Shown one piece after another: positions 58,337 through 64,000 of a stretch of 64,000 bases of DNA. The stretch comes from Coniocarpon cinnabarinum (Eukaryota). How positions within the stretch are numbered: position 1 is the stretch's first letter; each line of letters starts with the position of its first letter. The notes beneath the pieces were generated by a model. The model worked only from the letters and a program-made list of their open reading frames with translations, did no database searches and was not told where the DNA came from. The position numbers and the translations under genes were made by a program. The stretch lies in the NCBI GenBank assembly GCA_051942205.1, contig JAVECO010000037.1, positions 1-64,000 on the forward strand, read 5' to 3'.

Positions 58337-59986
58337 ATGGCAAAGAAGTACAAGAGTGCAGACACAATTGCCGAGAGCGACCTGGACAACGACTCACCGC
58401 CGTCTCCACCAAAACCCAAGTCGCAAGCGAAATCGTCGCAAGCTAGACCATCACCTCCGAAGGCAGCTAAGCGCAAAGCACCAAATACTCCTCAGCAACC
58501 GCTGAAAAGGTCGAAGATTACACCAGAGACTCCAAAAAGCGCTGCGCCCGCTCGCAAGCCTGCCACACCTTCGTCGAGCTCGTCCAGCACGTCCAGCAGT
58601 GCAAGTGAGGAGCTGGGGAATGAGCGTGGAAAGCAAACACCTGCCAGCTCCAAGAGCGCAGAAGCCGAGTCAGACAGCAGTAGTAGCTCGTCAAGCGAGG
58701 CCACTTCGGATCCAGGGGAAGAGGCGGAGAATAGGGCGTTGAAAGAAGGCACAGCGCCGAAAAGTATGTTCCTAATGTCTGTTCTGTTCAGGATAGTTGG
58801 AAGTCGTAGAAGTTCCAGAATCGAGACATACCGTACTTGCGCTGACTTTCGAGCCTCAGATGCTTCAAAACACAATGGGCACGGCGCGCCGCCATCCAAT
58901 CCTGTATCTGCACATGTGCAGTCAAAGTTCGTGCCTCCGACTGGCTTTGAACGCATTGGAAATTTGAGTACACAGTCTAGTCTCCCACAAATCGCGAAAA
59001 AGAAGCTCCTGCACATCACATGCGCTGAGTCCTTCCCTATCTCCCAGGTTCAGAAAATCACACAGCGACAACTTAAAGGCGCGCCCATACTTCACAACGG
59101 CACGACCTATAACCTCCACAGGATATTTGGAAAAAATGCAGAAGCGCATTTGCTGGTTCCGAAGGATGATGGGACATATACGGTCGCCTCTAAGTCTTTT
59201 GATTCAGCATTGAACTTGCAAGAAATGACTGCAGACGACAGCGCAACAACCGCACCCCCAGAGCCGATAACGAAGCCTGTTGTCCCTCAGCCCGACGGGC
59301 TTAAGCCTCGCAATTTCCCGCCTGGATTTGAGCCTAAAGAAACCAGCAGACCAGCTTTGCCTAAAAATTTCAAGCCGCCACCGAAAGTGAATGGAACTAC
59401 AACAGCGCCCAATGGTGTGAATGCTGATTCGAAATACTTCTCTGAGTCCGCCTCTTCTTCTTCTGACGAGTCAGGATCAGGTTCTGAGTCCAGACGCGCG
59501 AAGCCCGTAGGGGATCAAGGAAAAGCTGCTACTAATCAAGCGAAGGAAAAGAACGCCAAGGAAGATTCAACTACTTCTTCATCCTCAAGCGAAGACGAGT
59601 CGTCTTCACAACAATCTAGCTCAGAGGCTTCGAGCTCCGAAGGGGATAAGAAACGCCAAGTGAATGGCGCAAAGCCGTCACAAGCAAAGAAGCCAGCTCC
59701 AGCACGCCAATCAAATCGCCGTGTTTCGGACTTATCAAGCTCAGATGATGACAGCGATTCCTTCGACTCGGCGCGAACATCACAGAAGCCTGACCAAAAG
59801 CCTGCTAACGGCAATCCTGCAACCAAGATAAAGCCTGCTCTTCCACCAAAGCAGCCTCCTCCCAAGCCCAGGGAGATATCGATCAGCGAGTCTTCCTCTG
59901 ACGATGAAAGCGACACGAGCGAGATATTCAAGGTACCGCAGACGTCGCAGCATACAACTGGGGTAATGGCGTCGAGGAAAAAGTAG
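58337..59986 (+). CDS. RNA polymerase I subunit RPA34.5-like protein with Ser/acidic low-complexity arms; probable in-frame intron 58764-58859
   Basis: FVPPTGF, LLHITCAESFPIS, ILHNGTTY, LLVP..G.Y and PQPDGLKPRNFPPGF resemble the fungal RPA34 domain. Confidence 0.7.
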   Translation: MAKKYKSADTIAESDLDNDSPPSPPKPKSQAKSSQARPSPPKAAKRKAPNTPQQPLKRSKITPETPKSAAPARKPATPSSSSSSTSSSASEELGNERGKQTPASSKSAEAESDSSSSSSSEATSDPGEEAENRALKEGTAPKSMFLMSVLFRIVGSRRSSRIETYRTCADFRASDASKHNGHGAPPSNPVSAHVQSKFVPPTGFERIGNLSTQSSLPQIAKKKLLHITCAESFPISQVQKITQRQLKGAPILHNGTTYNLHRIFGKNAEAHLLVPKDDGTYTVASKSFDSALNLQEMTADDSATTAPPEPITKPVVPQPDGLKPRNFPPGFEPKETSRPALPKNFKPPPKVNGTTTAPNGVNADSKYFSESASSSSDESGSGSESRRAKPVGDQGKAATNQAKEKNAKEDSTTSSSSSEDESSSQQSSSEASSSEGDKKRQVNGAKPSQAKKPAPARQSNRRVSDLSSSDDDSDSFDSARTSQKPDQKPANGNPATKIKPALPPKQPPPKPREISISESSSDDESDTSEIFKVPQTSQHTTGVMASRKK

Positions 59987-60480
59987 ATCACCCGACGGAG
60001 GCACGTTTGCTTTCGAGCCATGTTCAATCAAAGAGGTTTCTCAGTTGTAATTCGAAAACAGAAAACAAGGACTTTTAAAGCCCTCCATGTACAGGTCGCA
60101 AGTAAAGGGCCGGGAATATTATGGAAATACTGTAATTGTAAGAGCTAGTTGATCGGCTTGGTTAAATACACAGCTAGCTGCTTATGTGTCAAATATTCCA
60201 TACGAGTCTTGTAAACTTATTTCCTCTTTATGAACAAAGATATAAGGTCCGCCTAAGACTTCTGATTATAGGCACACGCCATCCAGAATTCCCATACCAT
60301 GAGCTTCCTCATCCAGATACACAACTGCAGCACGTGCTGTGCTCGTCAAGTCATTTCTTGCCTGACTAACCAGGCACAAATATTCCATGACTTGCTCACG
60401 ATATGTCATTGGTAAAACTAACAGCACATGAAAGTTCTGAGTAAGTCACAACTCCTGCATGAGCTTTGCCAGACAGAAGA

Positions 60481-62170
60481 ATGCCCGGCGGTCAAAGAGG
60501 TCCTGTGCCAGTGCCTCTCCAAGATGGACATACCGACGTCACACAGCTTCTACTGGACACGTTGGATAGAAAAGGCGCGGAGCCGATTGTCACGTCCACG
60601 GAGTTCCCGAGCATACCACGCGCTGAAATCAAGGCCGCTCTCGACCGACTAGCTTCACGCTCTATGGTTCAATATACGACCAAAGACACTGAGATTGTGC
60701 TATTAACTTCAGAGGGACAGGAAATTTGTGACGGAGGCAGCCATGAGTGGAAAGTATGGCATGCGGTCAAGGAGAAGGGCAGTATAGAGATGAAGGAGCT
60801 AGTGGCGATTGTTGGACAATCGGCAAAGGTTGGACAAGGAACTGCCATGAAGAATAAATGGGTCAAGAAAGGCGAGGGTAGTGCGCTTGTTGCAGCTGAA
60901 AACGAAGTGGAAGACACAACACGAACGCATCTAAGGCATGTTCAAGATACGCAGACACTTCCAGATTCAAAAATGTTGTCAGAATACAAGAAGCGGAAGC
61001 TCGTAACACCTTCCAAAGCCATCGACTACGTGGTAGAGAAAGGACCCAAGTTCCAGCTTGAGATACCAGTCGAAGTTACAGATCTAACCGCAGAGATGCT
61101 CGCGGTTGGAAGCTGGGAGACTGCGACGTTCAAGCCTTACAACTTCGATGCGCTAGGCGGCCAGCAAAGCCCAGGTGCGCTGCACCCACTACTACAAATG
61201 CGATCCGAACTTCGAGACATCTTCCTTCGAGATGGCTTCGTTGAGATGCCAACTACGCGCTTCGCCGAATCTGGGTTCTGGAATTTTGACGCACTGTTCG
61301 TGCCGCAGCAGCATCCAGCTCGCGATATTCAGGACACCTTCTACCTGTCTGATCCTGCAACCGCGGACATGCCGCGACCAGATCCGGAAACCGAAGCTAT
61401 GATGGATAAGATGGAGGCACGCACAGATACACGATTCGGGACAACTGGAAGCAGAGAACCACGGAAGGTCAGCTACGATGAGTACTGGAAAAGCATCCTC
61501 AGAATCCACGAGGGTACGAAGGATGGCAAGGAAGCGCCCTTCGGTTCTATTGGCTATCGATACCCATGGAGCGCAGACGAATGTTTAAAGTTGTGCTTGC
61601 GAACACATACTACAGCCACAAGTAGCTGGGTGATGCATCGCCTAGCATCTCGACCCCGACCTGCCAAGTACTTTTCGATAGATCGAGTTTTCCGGAACGA
61701 ATCTGTGGACGCAACTCATTTGGCCGAATTTCACCAAGTTGAGGGGGTCATTGCAGACTGGGACTTTTCACTGCCAGACGGCATGGGCTTCCTGGAGGAT
61801 TTCTTTGGCCAACTGGGCCTGGGCGAGATTAAGTTCAAGCCAGCTTACAATCCATGTGAGTTTCAGCGTGACACTCCCTATCCAGATGAATGCTAACTCG
61901 TTACTCCGAGACACCGAACCGTCCATGGAAGTCTTCGGCTACCACAAAGGCCTAGGCCGATGGGTTGAGATAGGGAATTCCGGTATCTTCAGACCGGAAA
62001 TGCTCCAAGCCATGGGCCTACCGAAGAATCTCCAGATCTTCGGCTTTGGACTGTCTGTGGAGCGGCCGACAATGATCAAATATGGACTGAAAAACATCCG
62101 CGACCTGGTCGGTCATAAAGTGTCGCTGGACTTCATTGAGCAGAACGGCGCAGTTCGGCTAGACAAGTGA
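60481..62170 (+). CDS. FRS2: Cytosolic phenylalanyl-tRNA synthetase alpha subunit; intron 61856-61910
   Basis: [54 protein letters not shown] and [10 protein letters not shown] motifs. Confidence 0.95.
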
Positions 62171-62619
62171 GGTCACAGCGCTGCGTCCGTCACTCGAATA
62201 GTATGAGCCGATGGAAGTATGTCGTTCGCGCTGATACCCAATATAATCAAGGTATAATTGCTCGAAACTGACTGCTGTCGCCTGGCGACGCAACGAGAGA
62301 GGAACGAGCAAAAGAGGTCTTGCACACCATGTCTTCCACGATTTTTGAGGATAGAATCGCACGCGTTGAATGTCCTTGACGAGCACATGTACTCAATGGC
62401 CATTGAGAATCAAGGGAGGATCGTCAGGAACGTAGCTACGTCACCTCGCACTTTGTGCGTATCTTAGTGGGGCCAGCTTTTTGGGCCACTCAACTCTGGT
62501 GGGGCTTCAGCTTGTCAACAAACCGACCTTACCTTTCAGCTCACGGATCCCTCACCATACAAATATCGAGTACCTTGCGGGACCAACTGGGATCGTTCAA
62601 GAGCTTTGCACCTTCCGAC

Positions 62620-64000
62620 ATGGCTCCTTCGCACAAAGCAGTCTTAGTGGTCATCGACGGCTGGGGCATCCCTTCCGAGTCTTCCCCCAAAGATGGCGAT
62701 GCCATCGCCGCCGCTCAGACGCCGGTCATGGACGAGCTCAGTAAGGTCGACTCCAAGACGGCGCAAGGCTTCACTGAGCTCGATGCTTCCTCCCTCGCTG
62801 TCGGCCTCCCCGAGGGCCTCATGGGAAATTCCGAGGTCGGCCATCTCAACATCGGTGCCGGTCGGGTAGTTTGGCAAGATGTTGTACGCATTGACCAGAC
62901 AATCAAGAAGGGCGAATTGAAAGACATAGAGAACATCAAGAAGAGTTTCACTCGTGCTGCGTCGGGCAACGGTCGCTTGCACCTGTGTGGGCTGGTGAGC
63001 GATGGAGGTGTTCACAGCCATATCAACCATCTCACAAACTTGCTCGACGTTGCGAAAGAGTACGGTGTCAAAGAAGTCTGGATACATTTCTTCGGCGACG
63101 GCCGTGACACCGACCCGAAGAGCGGCCTAGGACACATGAAGACTTTACTGGCATATATGGAGAAGATCAGCCTTGGTAAAATTGCGACTGTGGTCGGAAG
63201 ATACTATATCATGGATCGCGACAAGCGCTGGGCGCGTGTCGAGACTGGTCTTGCGGGCCTTGTTCAGGGCAAGGGTGAAGAGTCATCCGACCCCGTCAAG
63301 ACCATTGGCGAGCGATACGCGGCGAATGAGACGGACGAGTTCCTGAAGCCAATCATTTTGAATGGGCAGGCCGGGCGGATTCAAGATGGCGACACCGTGT
63401 TTTACTTCAACTACCGGTCCGACCGAGTACGAGAGTCCACACAGCTACTTGGTGGTTTCGACCGCTCTCCCTTGCCCGACTTTCCCTACCCAAAGGACAT
63501 CCATCTCACCACCATGACTCAGTACAATGTTCAATTTCCCTACCCAATTGCATTCCCGCCACAGCACATGGGCAACGTCCTTGCGGAATGGTTGTCATCG
63601 CAAGGGGTCAAACAAAACCACGTTGCTGAGACTGAGAAGTACGCGCATGTCACTTTCTTCTTCAATGGGGGTGTTGAGAAGCAGTTTGTAGGGGAAGAGC
63701 GTGATCTCATTCCCAGCCCTCAAGTTGCAATTTACGACGAGGACCCTAAAATGAGCGCGCATGGTGTCGCAGACCGGCTCTGTGAACGCATAAAGAGCCA
63801 CAAATACGAGTTTTTGATGAACAACTTTGCGCCTCCGGACATGGTTGGCCACACAGGTAACTACAAGGCTGCGATAGAAGGTTGCACGCACACCGATCAG
63901 GCCATTGGCGATGTTTTCGAGACTTGCAGGAAAGAAGGCTATGTGTTCTTCCTGACATCAGATCATGGGTAGGTTGAGGTTTCTCTTCTCTCTTACAAGT
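62620..64000 (+). CDS. gpmI: 2,3-BPG-independent phosphoglycerate mutase, truncated by the window end
   Basis: VIDGWG, MGNSEVGH, SDGGVHSH, DGRDT, AETEKYAHVTFF, PDMVGHTG and TSDHG, followed by donor GTAGGT at 63969. Confidence 0.95.

Overview
Eukaryotic DNA from a filamentous ascomycete (Pezizomycotina; Dothideomycete-like, lineage not certain). It has short GT-AG introns with CTRAC branch sites and AT/TpA-rich patches consistent with RIP. Most of the window is dense housekeeping genes: LACTB2-like lactamase, intron-containing tRNA-Arg(ACG), VPS51, TAF5, a DNA ligase I paralog, an ABCG half-transporter, TSR3, a 2OG-Fe(II) oxygenase, a TRP/FLC-like protein, RPB4, RIM15, a divergent calmodulin-like gene, an RNB exoribonuclease, MOCS2A, adenine deaminase, GRC3, an RPA34-like gene, PheRS alpha and a truncated iPGM. 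Two accessory islands interrupt them. The first (~2.2-9.2 kb) holds an orphan gene, a hAT-type MITE and a RIP-killed multi-exon gene with 48-aa repeats. The second (~41-45.3 kb) holds three decayed genes. The best unannotated signals are four: a dual-guide box C/D snoRNA in the MOCS2A 5'-UTR intron, interlocked head-to-head GRC3 and RPA34-like genes with ATGs 12 bp apart, a highly structured 341-nt TAF5 intron, and the 140-bp MITE with an 8-bp target-site duplication. All exon models were read by eye and need RNA-seq confirmation.
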